From Pseudomonadota bacterium (GTDB taxonomy: Archaea; Thermoplasmatota; SW-10-69-26; JACQPN01; JAJPHT01), in the NCBI GenBank assembly GCA_021325135.1, contig JAJPHT010000013.1:99815-163814 (forward strand): a stretch of 64,000 bases of DNA, given 5' to 3'. How positions within the stretch are numbered: position 1 is the first letter of the stretch; each line of letters starts with the position of its first letter. The position numbers and the translations under genes were made by a program. Below the pieces are notes generated by a model. That model worked only from the letters and a program-made list of their open reading frames with translations. It searched no databases and was not told where the DNA came from. Below, one piece after another: positions 1 through 9,615 of this stretch.

Positions 1-895
1 CCAGCCACGCGATCATGGCGCCGTTGTCCACGAGAAGGCGCTTCTCGGGGCGGTACGCGACGGCGCCGCGCTCCGCGCACATGCGCTGCGTCATCTGCCA
101 GAGGCGCTCGTTGCACGCGACGCCGCCGCCCAGCACGACCTCGTCCTTCTCGGCGTGGGCCAGCGCGCGCTCCGCGACCTCGACGAGCATCGCGAAGGCC
201 GTCTCCTGGAGCGAGAAGCAGACGTCCTCCAACCGCTCGCCCTTCGCGCGGTGCGCGCGAGCCGCGGTGAGCAGGCCGCTGAACGCCATGTCCATGCCCT
301 TCACGCTGTAGGGCATGTCGAGGAGCTTCGAGCCTCCGCGCGCGAGCCGCTCCACCTCGGGGCCGCCGGGGAACGGGTGCCCCTCCTCGCGGGCGAACTT
401 GTCCAGCATGTTGCCCACGCCGACGTCCAGCGTCTCGCCGAAGACGCGATATCGCCCTCCGGAGAACGCGATCACCTGCGTGTTGCCGCCGGAGGCGTAG
501 AGCAGCACGGGGTCCTTGGCGCCCGTCACGCCGCTGCCGATCTCAAGGTGCGCGACGCAGTGGTTGACGCCCAGCACGGGCTTCCCCGCCGCCAGGGCGA
601 ACGCGCGCGCCAGCGTCGCCGCGGTGCGCAGGCATGGCCCCAGGCCCGGCCCCTGGCTGAAGGCCACGAGGTCGAGGTCGCGGGGCGCGACGCCCGCCTT
701 GGCCAGCGCGCGCTCCAGCACGTCGGGACCCACCTCGGCGTGGTGGTTCGCGGCCTCCCGCGGATGGATGCCCCCCTGCGCGGGCCGCAGCATGTCGCCC
801 TCGCTGGCGAGCACCTCGGGCGTCCCGTCGGCACGGCGGCGCACGACGCCCACGGCCAGCGTGTGGGCGGTCCCTTCGACGCCCAGCACGATCAT
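1..895 (-). CDS. kae1: tRNA N6-threonylcarbamoyltransferase Kae1/TsaD (3' end runs off the window)
   Basis: Read manually, not in the ORF track: MIVLGVEGTAHTLAVGVV, GGIHPREAANHH, GPGLGPCL, VNHCVAHLEIG, LYASGGNTQV, GETLDVGVGNMLDKFAR, DNGAMIAW. Confidence 0.95.
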   Translation of the reverse strand, partial: MIVLGVEGTAHTLAVGVVRRRADGTPEVLASEGDMLRPAQGGIHPREAANHHAEVGPDVLERALAKAGVAPRDLDLVAFSQGPGLGPCLRTAATLARAFALAAGKPVLGVNHCVAHLEIGSGVTGAKDPVLLYASGGNTQVIAFSGGRYRVFGETLDVGVGNMLDKFAREEGHPFPGGPEVERLARGGSKLLDMPYSVKGMDMAFSGLLTAARAHRAKGERLEDVCFSLQETAFAMLVEVAERALAHAEKDEVVLGGGVACNERLWQMTQRMCAERGAVAYRPEKRLLVDNGAMIAWL

Positions 896-926
896 CGCGC
901 GGCCAGGGGGGCGCCCCCACTTGAGC

Positions 927-1403
927 CTAGCTCCGCAGCGGGCGCGCCATGCGCTGGAACGTCCGCGAGGGGTCGCGCGTCCCCGGGTGCGGCGGTCCGT
1001 CCGGGCGGAACCCGGCGCGCTCGTAGAGCCGCACCGCGGGCGCCTGCGCGACGTTGACCCAGAGCGCCAGGGCGGAGGCCCCCTGCGCGCGGGCCCACGA
1101 GGCGGCCTCCTCCAGGAGGGCCAGGCCCACGCCGCGCCCCCGCGCCTCGGGCGCGACCCACATGCCGAAGACCTCCGGCGCGGGCTGGAGCGCGACGCCC
1201 ACGAGGCCCACCCACGCGCCGCCCTCCTCCGCGACGAGGCGCACGGTGCCGGGGCGCGTCATGCGCTCCTGCCACGCCTCGGGCGCCAGGGCCGACTCGG
1301 CCTCCAGCGTCGCGCCGAACGCGGCGGGGTCCTCGCGCAGCGCGCGCAGGCGCAGCGCGCGGAAGCGCTCCCACTCGTGGGGCTCCACGACGCGGACCTT
1401 CAT
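927..1403 (-). CDS. GNAT-family N-acetyltransferase
   Basis: MWVAPEARGRGVGLALL acetyl-CoA motif and N..A..LYERAGF; ATGA overlap with the tiaS stop. Confidence 0.85.
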   Translation of the reverse strand: MKVRVVEPHEWERFRALRLRALREDPAAFGATLEAESALAPEAWQERMTRPGTVRLVAEEGGAWVGLVGVALQPAPEVFGMWVAPEARGRGVGLALLEEAASWARAQGASALALWVNVAQAPAVRLYERAGFRPDGPPHPGTRDPSRTFQRMARPLRS

Positions 1404-2608
1404 GCGACGCCCCGCTTCAGCGGCATCGCCAGGTGCCGGCGCGCGCTGGCGGGCACCTCGTGCCAGCCCAGGCGCAGGCCCGCGTCCTTCGTCAACGGCT
1501 CGGCGGCGCGCGTCCCGCAGGGGCGGCAGCGATATCCGGCTCCGTGGCCCGCGCTCTTCATCGCGCGCCCGCAGGAGGGGCAGGAGGGGTTGCGCGCCTT
1601 GCGCGGCGCGGTCGCGTGGAGGCGCAGCTTCTCGACGCCCAGGGTGAGCCGCCCATCGGGGCCCTCGTGGAGCCCGCCGCACGCGGTGATATCGTCCCCC
1701 GGCACCAAGGCGCGGACGAGCGCGCGGAAGGAGCGCGTGGGCGCGTAGGCGGCGGCGCGCAGGCTCCCACCCTCGTCCTCCATCTCGACCCAGACGTGGC
1801 CGTTGCGCTCCACGGGCCGGGCCGCGACGCGCCCGCGGACGCGGAGGCTCGCGTAGGCCCGCGCGCTGGCGCAGGTCCCGTCGCGCAGGTGGTCGTCGGT
1901 GCCCTGGTTCGTGAGGAAGAGCGTCTCCCGCGCGGGGCGCTCGGGGCCCATCTCCCGCGCGGCGGCCTCGGCCTCCTGGGGATCGTCCCCGCGGAGGCCC
2001 CACAGGACGGGGCAGGGCGAGGCGGGCACGCAGACCACGTCGTCCTCCACCAGGTCATACGTGTCGAAGAGGGAATGATATCGCTCCTCCACGGCGCGGA
2101 CGCGGGCGGGGTCGATGGCGCGGGGCGCGCCGATGCGCGCGGGCTCCCGGTGCGCGATGCGCTCCCACGTCGCGCGCCGGGCGGGCCAGGCCAGCGCGGC
2201 CGCCGCGCCGATGACGCCGCGGCCGCCCCAGGCGAGGGCGCCCGCCTCCGCGACGGCGGCGTCCGCCTCCTCGCGCTCGACGATGCGGGACACCGCGGCG
2301 TCGTAGAGGCCCGCGGGGAGGGGCGCCTCGGAGACGACGAGGCCGGGCGAGGTGCCCTCGGCGCGCTCCGCGTGGCGCTCGACGACGCGCTTGGCCAGGG
2401 CGAGCGCCCGCGGCAGGGGCATCGTGGCGTCGAACGCCAGGGCGACGGCGCCGTTTCCCCGCGTCTTCCAGGGGACGTTGGGGTTGAGGCGCACGAGGCG
2501 CGGCGGCGCGGCGGGGGGGAGCCCCAGCTCGCGCGCAAGAAGGTCGGCGAAGACCGTGGTGCAGCCGCCCAGGCGGCTGTCCGTGTCGTCGACTCCGACA
2601 AGAAGCAT
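1400..2608 (-). CDS. tiaS: tRNA(Ile2) agmatinylcytidine synthetase TiaS
   Basis: VGVDDTDS..GGCTT, LVRLNPNVPWKTRGNGA, PCPVLWGLRG, TNQGTDDH, OB fold, NPSCPSCG..MKSAG...YRC..C zinc ribbon, RRHLAMPL. Confidence 0.95.
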   Translation of the reverse strand: MLLVGVDDTDSRLGGCTTVFADLLARELGLPPAAPPRLVRLNPNVPWKTRGNGAVALAFDATMPLPRALALAKRVVERHAERAEGTSPGLVVSEAPLPAGLYDAAVSRIVEREEADAAVAEAGALAWGGRGVIGAAAALAWPARRATWERIAHREPARIGAPRAIDPARVRAVEERYHSLFDTYDLVEDDVVCVPASPCPVLWGLRGDDPQEAEAAAREMGPERPARETLFLTNQGTDDHLRDGTCASARAYASLRVRGRVAARPVERNGHVWVEMEDEGGSLRAAAYAPTRSFRALVRALVPGDDITACGGLHEGPDGRLTLGVEKLRLHATAPRKARNPSCPSCGRAMKSAGHGAGYRCRPCGTRAAEPLTKDAGLRLGWHEVPASARRHLAMPLKRGVA

Positions 2609-2657
2609 GAAAGGGCCCGCGCCGCCAGAGGCAAACGGGGCGGGCCCGATGAACCTT

Positions 2658-2825
2658 TCAGGCGAAGACGCGGGCCTCGGGGGCCGGGCGGCCGCCGTGC
2701 TGGGCGAAGTACATGTCGAGGGCCTCGCAGAGGGACTCGCTCATGTTCTTGCCCTTGAGGATCTTGAGCGTCTGGAGCTTCATGTGGTAGTGCATCGGGA
2801 GGCGCACTTTGAGGTCCTTGGTCAT
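2658..2825 (-). CDS. Small ribbon-helix-helix-like DNA-binding protein (55 aa)
   Basis: Read manually: MTKDLKVRLPMHYHMKLQTLKILKGKNMSESLCEALDMYFAQHGGRPAPEARVFA. Strand-helix-G-x-x-x-S-helix pattern and clean GC3 codon use. Confidence 0.7.
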   Translation of the reverse strand: MTKDLKVRLPMHYHMKLQTLKILKGKNMSESLCEALDMYFAQHGGRPAPEARVFA

Positions 2826-2850
2826 CTCGGATTCTTGGCTCAGGCAAATC

Positions 2851-2887
2851 CCCCCTAAGGGATCTGTCGCGTTCGTTCCCTAGGGGG
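2851..2887. promoter_or_regulatory. Imperfect inverted repeat upstream of the RHH gene (operator or RBS-sequestering hairpin)
   Basis: CCCCCTAAGGGA ... TCCCTAGGGGG in a divergent intergenic region. Confidence 0.4.
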
Positions 2888-2953
2888 AGCATCTTGGATT
2901 GGTTGTCAGCCCCATCCATACAACTCAAGCGGGCCCGGCGCCCTCCCCGGCGC

Positions 2954-3838
2954 GTGCGCCGCATCGCCGCCCTGCTCCCCCTGGACGCCGCCGAGCGCCG
3001 GCTCCTGCCCGAGGACGCGCCGCTGGAGGAGGCGGAGGTCGCCGTGGTGGAGTCCTTCGCGGACCTGCCCGCCGGGACGTGGGCCCGCGCGCGGCGGCTG
3101 CGCTGGATCGTCTCCCTGGCGGCGGGCGCGGACCACGTCCCCTTCGCGGCGCTGCCCGCGGGGGCTCAGGTCGTCTCGCTCCACGGGCCGGGCGCCGACG
3201 CCATCGCCGAGCACGCGGTGGCGCTCCTCCTCGCGGCGCTCCGGCGCGTCCCGGCCCAGGACCGCGCGCTGCGGGCGGGCCGCTTCGAGCAGGCCCCTTC
3301 GCGGCGGGCGGCGGGCCTCTCGCTCCTGGTCCTGGGCGCGGGCGCCATCGGAGAGCGCATCGCGCGGCGGGGCGAGGCGCTGGGGATGCGCGTGCGCGCG
3401 TGGCGCCGCGGCATGGACCTGGACGCGCTCCTGCCAGAGGCGGACGCCGTGGCCATCGCGCTGCCCCTCACGCGCGAGACCAAGGGGCTCCTCGACGCGC
3501 GGCGGCTGCGCCTGCTGCGCCCCGACGCCGCGCTGGTGAACGTCGCCCGCGGCCGCATCGTGGATCGCGACGCCCTCGCCGCGCTCCTGGAGGAGCGCCC
3601 CGCGCTCACCTACGCGACCGACGTGTGGTGGCGCTACCCCAAGGAGGGGCAGCCCTTCGACGAGCCCCTCGCCCGGCGGGAGAATGTCCTAGGCACGCCG
3701 CACGTCGCCGCGCTGGTGCCGGGGTGGAGAGAAGAGAGGGTGGCCGAGGCGGCGCGGGTGGCGCGCGCCCTGGCCCGCGGCGAGGTCCCCGACGGCTGCC
3801 GCGTCGAGGACCCCGCCGACTACGCCGGCCTCAGATGA
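2954..3838 (+). CDS. D-isomer-specific 2-hydroxyacid dehydrogenase
   Basis: AGADHV, AIAEHAVALLLA, GAGAIG, LPLTRETKGL, LVNVARGRIVD, DVW, TPHVA. Confidence 0.9.
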   Translation: MRRIAALLPLDAAERRLLPEDAPLEEAEVAVVESFADLPAGTWARARRLRWIVSLAAGADHVPFAALPAGAQVVSLHGPGADAIAEHAVALLLAALRRVPAQDRALRAGRFEQAPSRRAAGLSLLVLGAGAIGERIARRGEALGMRVRAWRRGMDLDALLPEADAVAIALPLTRETKGLLDARRLRLLRPDAALVNVARGRIVDRDALAALLEERPALTYATDVWWRYPKEGQPFDEPLARRENVLGTPHVAALVPGWREERVAEAARVARALARGEVPDGCRVEDPADYAGLR

Positions 3839-5423
3839 GGCGCGGTGCCGCGAGGCGCGGCAGCAGGGGGCTCGTCGAGCCGCCCCACGGCAGGGGACCG
3901 ATGGGCGTCGCAGGGTCCCACGTCGTGTTGTTGCCCGTCTCGTTGGCCGTGGCGTTGTCGCCCTCGACGGGGGCGGGCGTGGCGGGAACCAAGGGCGCGT
4001 CCCGCTGGTAGTACGTCACCTTCACCGCGATCCAGCCCTGCGTGAACTGCCACGCCTCGACGACGTGCTCCCCCGAGGCGAAGTTCTCGGGGAACGATGC
4101 CTGGGAGCCCGCGACGTCGCCCAAGCCGGGCGTCTGGACGAGGCTGCTCCACGCCGCGACGGTGCCCTTCTCGTTGCGCACGTCCGCGCCGCCCAGGAGC
4201 GTCGTCGCGTTGTCGCCGTCGAGGGCGACCGCCACGGGGACGTGCTGGAGCGTGAACGTCGTCGACTGGCCCGAGACGCCGGAGGGGTCGGGCGAGAAGC
4301 GGAACTCCTCGTGGCCCAGCGCGAGGTCGCGCGCCTCGCCGGAGCCGCCTTCGGGGAGCGCGTACACGGCAAGGCCGGAGGCGCGCTCGACGTAGGCCAC
4401 GTACTCGCCGGCCATGGGCAGCGAGATCGTGGAGCGGCCGCCGTTGGTGGAGTTGAGCCTGACCTCCTGGAGCAGCTTGTCCTCGGGCGAGTAGACGAGG
4501 ATGCGGTCATCGACGCGCGTGCCGTTGCTCCCCGCCTTGGGGTCGGAGAGCGCGAGGGGCCCAGGCTGCGCCTGGAACGCGTAGGCGTGCCCCTCGCCCA
4601 GGCGCAGCGGCGCGGGAGCGGGGGCGGGCGCGGGCGCCGGGGGCGTCCCGGTCGGGGCCGGCGGCGCGGCGGGCGCGTCCACGACGGGCTCCACCTTCGG
4701 GGGCTGGAGCGAGAGGGCCGCCAGGTAGAGCGTGCCCTGGAAGGACTTCGCGTGCGCGGTCGCCGTGTAGGACGCGCCCTCCACGTTGGCGAACGTGCTC
4801 GCGCGGTGGCCGCTCTGGTCGGTGAAGACCCCAGGAGAGAACGCGCTGCCCGACTCGTCCGCGACGGTGAGCACGCTGCCCTTGAGGCTCGCCACGTCGG
4901 CGTTGAGCCCTTGGACGCTGCCCTCGTAGAGGAGCGTCACGAACATGGGCGGCGCCTTGAACGTGGCCGTCATGGCCTTGTCCAGCGCGGCGGGCTCGTC
5001 GAAGGAGGCGATGGCCACGTCCTCGCGCTGGAGGGGAAGCGGCTGGAGCGCGGGGGTGGGCGCCTTGGCGCTGTTCACCGCGACGTGGAGCGCGCCGTCC
5101 TTCAACGCGTAGACGTAGAGGACGTAGGTGCCCGTCTGGGGCGAGGCGAGGTCCGCCGCCGGGAGCGAGGCGTCCAGCGAGTAGAACCCGACCTTCGCGC
5201 CGAAGGGGTCGTAGAGCGCCAGCGCGGCGCTGCCGTTGCCGTCGTACTTCACCTCAAGGCCCTTCGCGTCGGGCGGGACCTGGAGGCCGTAGGCGTGCCC
5301 GGCGTAGACGTCGCCGGTGTACGCGTGCCAATCCGCCGCGTTGGCGGTGCCGAAGGCGTAGAGCGCGACGCCGCCCGCCATCGCCATGGCGAGGGCCGCG
5401 GCCAGAACGTGGTTGCGTTGCAT
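3831..5423 (-). CDS. Secreted beta-rich surface protein with Pro/Ala linker
   Basis: N-terminal signal peptide; two PPC-like modules (LALYDPFG..GTYVLYV and ILVYSPED..GEYVAYV) separated by a PAPAP linker; several N-x-T sequons. Confidence 0.75.
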   Translation of the reverse strand: MQRNHVLAAALAMAMAGGVALYAFGTANAADWHAYTGDVYAGHAYGLQVPPDAKGLEVKYDGNGSAALALYDPFGAKVGFYSLDASLPAADLASPQTGTYVLYVYALKDGALHVAVNSAKAPTPALQPLPLQREDVAIASFDEPAALDKAMTATFKAPPMFVTLLYEGSVQGLNADVASLKGSVLTVADESGSAFSPGVFTDQSGHRASTFANVEGASYTATAHAKSFQGTLYLAALSLQPPKVEPVVDAPAAPPAPTGTPPAPAPAPAPAPLRLGEGHAYAFQAQPGPLALSDPKAGSNGTRVDDRILVYSPEDKLLQEVRLNSTNGGRSTISLPMAGEYVAYVERASGLAVYALPEGGSGEARDLALGHEEFRFSPDPSGVSGQSTTFTLQHVPVAVALDGDNATTLLGGADVRNEKGTVAAWSSLVQTPGLGDVAGSQASFPENFASGEHVVEAWQFTQGWIAVKVTYYQRDAPLVPATPAPVEGDNATANETGNNTTWDPATPIGPLPWGGSTSPLLPRLAAPRLI

Positions 5424-5480
5424 GGTGGGGCTCACTGGCCCGCGCCACGGACGTGACGACCATGAAGAGGCTGGTCGAGG

Positions 5481-5519
5481 CGTTGAAACGCGCGCCTTGC
5501 CGCGAAGATCGTTTCAACG
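5481..5519. promoter_or_regulatory. Perfect 10-bp inverted repeat, candidate operator between divergent genes
   Basis: CGTTGAAACG (5481-5490), 19-nt spacer, CGTTTCAACG (5510-5519). Confidence 0.55.
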
Positions 5520-5552
5520 ACGCGACCACCGGGATTATCTTCGAGAGGGCCG

Positions 5553-6650
5553 ATGCGCCGCTCCGGAGTGGAGGCCTTGATCCCTCGTGCCCTCGCGGCG
5601 AGCGCGCTCGCCCTCGTCGCCCTCGCGTCGCCCACCGCGCTGGCGTTCGCCCTGGACGCGGACCTCCACGTCGTGGTCCCCGTCTCGCTCCACGAGTCCA
5701 TCCCCGTCGACCTCCCCGTGGCGGGCGTCGTCGAGGCCCCGCCCGCGACCGCGGACCGCATGGTGGATCGCGCCGAGGCCGCGCTCTTCGAGCCCGCCGA
5801 CGCGCAGCAGGACCCGCAGGAGGGCTCACCGGAGGCGGGCGCGCAGCCGCAGGACGCGCCCGCGCCCATCCTGGCGGCGGGCATCCCGCTCCCCCTCGCC
5901 ACCGTGGGCGCCATCCCCGTGCTGCGCGACCTGGGCCAGCCGCTCCCCATGGGGCTCGGCCCGCTGCTGGAGGGCGCGCCCGCCCCCGCCGCGGCGCCCG
6001 CGGCTCCTCCCCCCGCGGCCATCGCCCCCCAGGCCGAGGCCGTGACGCTCGCGCCGCCCCCCTCGCCCGTCTCCGTGGGCGCCTCCCTCGCCGCGGTCGC
6101 CGCCGTGGGCGCCGCCGCCCCCGCCCTCTTCGGCTGGGACCGCCTGAGGCGCTTCCTGCTGCCGCTGGCGCTCTACACGCGCATCGCCAAGGAGCGCCTC
6201 CTGGACCACGGCAGCCGCGAGAAGCTCCTCCTCGCCATCCGCGAGCGGCCGGGCCTCCCCGTCGCCGACCTCGCCTCCGGGACCGGCGTCCCGCGCAACA
6301 CCGCGACGTACCACCTGCGCCGCCTCGAGCGCGAGGGGCTCGTCGTCTCGCAGCGCTCGGGCCGCGTGCGCGTCTGGTTCCTCGTGGGAGGCGACGCGCG
6401 CCGCGACGAGGCCCCCGCCTACGCCGCGCTGCGCCACGGGGTGACCCGCGCCATCGCCATGCAGGTCGCGGCCCAGCCCGGCGTCGACCAGCAGGCCCTC
6501 TGCGCGCGCTTCGGCCTCGCGCCCAGCCTCGCCCATTGGCACGTCGACCGCCTTCTGCAGACGGGCCTCGTGCGCAAGGAGCGCGACGGCCGCCACGTCC
6601 GCTACTACCCCACCGAGGGCCTGCCCCGCGTGGCGGCCCTCACCGGCTGA
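5553..6650 (+). CDS. Membrane-anchored double winged-HTH (ArsR-like) transcription regulator
   Basis: Signal-like N-terminus, Pro/Ala-rich region, one TM helix, then LYTRI..LLDH..R, PG..DL...NTATYHLRRLEREGLV and a second wHTH (PG..Q..L..HWHVDRL..GLVRKERDGR). Confidence 0.85.
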   Translation: MRRSGVEALIPRALAASALALVALASPTALAFALDADLHVVVPVSLHESIPVDLPVAGVVEAPPATADRMVDRAEAALFEPADAQQDPQEGSPEAGAQPQDAPAPILAAGIPLPLATVGAIPVLRDLGQPLPMGLGPLLEGAPAPAAAPAAPPPAAIAPQAEAVTLAPPPSPVSVGASLAAVAAVGAAAPALFGWDRLRRFLLPLALYTRIAKERLLDHGSREKLLLAIRERPGLPVADLASGTGVPRNTATYHLRRLEREGLVVSQRSGRVRVWFLVGGDARRDEAPAYAALRHGVTRAIAMQVAAQPGVDQQALCARFGLAPSLAHWHVDRLLQTGLVRKERDGRHVRYYPTEGLPRVAALTG

Positions 6651-7454
6651 TCAGCGGCCGAACAGGCCGCGCTGCCGCGGCGTGTAGAAGCGCCAGGTGT
6701 AGCGGGGCGCGAAGCCCAGGTCCAGGTAGAAGCCCTCCACGAACCCCTCGGGAGCGACCTGGAGCGTGACGACCTCGGCATCGCGGGCATCCTCCAGCGC
6801 GCGGGCCAGCATCGCGCGGGCGAGCCCCTGCCGCCGGGCCGAGCGCACGGTGCCCACGTTGTAGATGCCCGCGACGCCGTCCAGAACGGCGAGGAGCGTC
6901 GTCGCGACGATCTCGCCGTCGCGCTCCACGACGTAGAGCTTCGCTCCGGCGCGGCGCCACGCCTCGGTCATGTCGAGGAGCGCGGGGTAGAAGCGCCGCG
7001 GCATGCGGAAGACCTCCATGAGGACGTCCGTGAAGGCGGGCACCTCGGAGGGCTCCGCGAGGCGCACGCCGGCGTCGGCGGGCGGCTCCTCCAGGGGTCC
7101 CGGCTCGCGGACGAGCACGTCCAGCGTGCTCGCGCAGGTGAAGCCGCGGGAGACCAGCTCGCCGTGCCAGCGCTGCGTGTCGCGGAACGTGGAGAGCACG
7201 ACGCTCCACGAGCAGTCGCGCTCGGCGAAGAAGGCGGTCGCCTCCTCGGAGACGCGCTGCACGTCCAGGGGGTCCGCGCCCTCGACGACGGCGCGGTTCA
7301 TGGTGGGCGCGTCCAGCCCCGCGACGCCGGTGAGGAACCAGCCGTCGCGCGAGCGCCCGAAGTGACGGCTCGTCGTGCGCGTGAGCGCATAGTACGCCGC
7401 GTCGAGGCGGGACGCCAGCGCGTCCTCGGGCCACGGCTCGCCGCTCTGGAGCAC
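6651..7454 (-). CDS. GNAT-family acetyltransferase
   Basis: AGIYNVGTVRSARRQGLARA, VTLQ, FYLDLGF. Confidence 0.85.
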   Translation of the reverse strand: MLQSGEPWPEDALASRLDAAYYALTRTTSRHFGRSRDGWFLTGVAGLDAPTMNRAVVEGADPLDVQRVSEEATAFFAERDCSWSVVLSTFRDTQRWHGELVSRGFTCASTLDVLVREPGPLEEPPADAGVRLAEPSEVPAFTDVLMEVFRMPRRFYPALLDMTEAWRRAGAKLYVVERDGEIVATTLLAVLDGVAGIYNVGTVRSARRQGLARAMLARALEDARDAEVVTLQVAPEGFVEGFYLDLGFAPRYTWRFYTPRQRGLFGR

Positions 7455-7505
7455 GCCCCACGATAAGCGTCCCCCGCCTTGAAGCCGCGCGCCTCGCGAG
7501 GGCTC

Positions 7506-7841
7506 ATGCACGCGGCCGCCGCTGGCCCGTCCGTGGACCCGCAGCGGCTTGAAGCGGTCGAGGCCGACCTCGTCTCCTGGGGCCTCCTGGAGCGCCAGGA
7601 GGGCCTCCACCCCACGCGGCGCTTCCGGGGCGCCCTCGCCCGCGCCGCCGCGGAGCTGGCCGTCGTGGAGAGGCGCGAAGGGCGCCCCGCGGGCAACCCC
7701 GTGGAGCACATCGTCCTGCGCGCGCTGCGCGACCACCCCCTCCCCCTGGGGGCGAAGGTGGAGCGCGACCACGAGAGGTTCCTCGTCGCGCTGGAGATCG
7801 CGTCGCTGCCGGAGGGCGTGCGGCAGGCGTTGGGCCTCTAA
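7506..7841 (+). CDS. Hypothetical protein
   Basis: Coding-like codon use; fills the gap between neighbours; no family recognised. Confidence 0.6.
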   Translation: MHAAAAGPSVDPQRLEAVEADLVSWGLLERQEGLHPTRRFRGALARAAAELAVVERREGRPAGNPVEHIVLRALRDHPLPLGAKVERDHERFLVALEIASLPEGVRQALGL

Positions 7842-8284
7842 CGCGCGCGGCTGGGCATGGCGCCGCCCGGCTTGGAGGGCGCCGCGCCCGCCTTCTGCCG
7901 GAGGTGGCTCACGATCTGGTCCAGATCGCGGTCGAACGTCTCCGGGTCCATGGCGGTGCCGTTGAGGATCGTGCTCCCTTCGCGCGTGAGCGCCGCCATG
8001 AAGACGGCCTCCTGGATCTCCTGCTCGGTCGCGCCGTGGAGCCGCGCGGCCTCGGTGTGGAAGAGCACGCAGTAGTGGCAGGGGATCTGCGACGCGACGC
8101 CCAGGCCGATGAGCTCCTTCACCTTGCCTGGCAGCGCCGTCGCGTCCGACAGCTGGAAGTCGCGCATCGCGCTCCACCAGAGCTTCGTCTGGGCGGGCTG
8201 GAGGACGCGGGTCATCGCCGGCACGAACCCGAACGTCTCGGTCAATTCCTGTCGCAGGTCGGGGGGAAGGCTGCTTTCAGCCAC
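7838..8284 (-). CDS. Carboxymuconolactone decarboxylase / AhpD-family protein
   Basis: FGFVP, KVKELIGLGVASQIPCHYCVLFHTEAARLHGAT..EI.EA. Confidence 0.9.
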   Translation of the reverse strand: MAESSLPPDLRQELTETFGFVPAMTRVLQPAQTKLWWSAMRDFQLSDATALPGKVKELIGLGVASQIPCHYCVLFHTEAARLHGATEQEIQEAVFMAALTREGSTILNGTAMDPETFDRDLDQIVSHLRQKAGAAPSKPGGAMPSRAR

Positions 8285-8348
8285 GAGGTTGCTCGTGGAA
8301 CCACCGCGCTTCCCACGGCGGCGAAGGAGCATATCCTCGCGGCCAGCC

Positions 8349-8981
8349 CTACGAGCCCAGCAGGTGGCGGAGCACGGGCCGCATGTCTGTCCCCTCGACG
8401 ACGTGGCGCGCGCGGCGGCGGACGACGTCGTCGCTGGGGTTGAACGCGACGCCGAAGCCCGTCTCGCGGAACATGGGCACGTCGTAGGCGCTGTTGCCCA
8501 CCGACGCGGTGCGCTCGCGGGGCACGCCCAGCTTGCGCAGGATCTCCCGCGCCATCTTGCCCTTGTCGTTGATCTCGACCCAGACGATCCCGTCTCCGTG
8601 GACGTGGCCCGTCTCCTTGAGCCGGAGGCCGTTGGCGACGTACATGTCGATGCCCAGGTCCACGCACACGCGCCGCGCGAGGATGTCGAGGCCGCCCGAG
8701 AGGATGCACGTCGCGACGCCCGCGCGCCGCAGGCTGTCCACCACCTCGCGGGCGCCCTCCATGAGGGGCGCGCGGTCCAGCACGCGCTCGATCTCGGAGA
8801 CGTGGACCTCGCGCCCCTTCCAGAGCGCGACGTCGCTGCGGATGAACGCGTGGTCGTCCAGCAGCCCGCGCTGATAGGCCTGCCAGTTGGACTCATTGCT
8901 CACGCCGAAGGCCTCGTGGAGCATCTCCCACGCGCTGCCGTGGACGAGCGTCCCGTCCATGTCGAAGAGGACCAGCTCCAT
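8349..8981 (-). CDS. HAD-superfamily phosphatase, phosphoserine phosphatase-like
   Basis: LFDMDGTL, ILSGG, ANGL, K, VGNSAYD motifs. Confidence 0.85.
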   Translation of the reverse strand: MELVLFDMDGTLVHGSAWEMLHEAFGVSNESNWQAYQRGLLDDHAFIRSDVALWKGREVHVSEIERVLDRAPLMEGAREVVDSLRRAGVATCILSGGLDILARRVCVDLGIDMYVANGLRLKETGHVHGDGIVWVEINDKGKMAREILRKLGVPRERTASVGNSAYDVPMFRETGFGVAFNPSDDVVRRRARHVVEGTDMRPVLRHLLGS

Positions 8982-9201
8982 CCCTTCGCGCCGCCGGTCG
9001 ACGTCCTCCCACGCGCTGGCGTGCCGCGTCGAGACCACCTGGAGCCAGCCATCCGCCAGGGGGATGGGCTCGCGGGCGCTGCGATGCGTGGGCGTGGGCA
9101 TCGGGACTCCCGAGCCCGCCGCTCGCCTTCAGCGTTGCTCAAGGGGCGCCGGGTTGAAGAAAGGGTTAAGAAAGGCCCCCGCGAGTCATCGCGCGTCCTC
9201 C

Positions 9202-9615
9202 ATGCCCCGCGCCCAGAACAAGGCGGCGTCCATCCGCCGGTCCATCCAGGTGGGCGCGGGCCCTGCGAAGGTGTATGACGCCTTCCGCACGGGCGAGGCC
9301 CTCTCCACGTGGTACATGGACGGCACCACGTCGGAGTTCCGCGAGGGCGGCGCCATGTCCTTCGACGGCCCCGAGGGGAGCGTGCGCGCGACCTTCGTCG
9401 AGCTTCGCGAGGACGAGCGCATCGTCATGGAGTACCACGCCCCCTGGTGGGGCACCGTGACGTGGGAGATCGTCGCGACCCCCAAGGGCAGCCGCGTGAC
9501 CCTCACCCACGAAGGCTTCGAAGGCCGCGAGGAGTGGCTCGACCGCTTCACCTGGGGTTGGGAATCCTTTCTGAAGGCCCTGAAAGCGTTTGTCGAAGGC
9601 CGGCCGATCAAGTAG
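9202..9615 (+). CDS. SRPBCC/AHSA1-like ligand-binding protein
   Basis: KVYDAF...LSTW, EFREGG, TVTWEI, SRVTLTHEGF, GWESFLKALK. Confidence 0.9.
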   Translation: MPRAQNKAASIRRSIQVGAGPAKVYDAFRTGEALSTWYMDGTTSEFREGGAMSFDGPEGSVRATFVELREDERIVMEYHAPWWGTVTWEIVATPKGSRVTLTHEGFEGREEWLDRFTWGWESFLKALKAFVEGRPIK

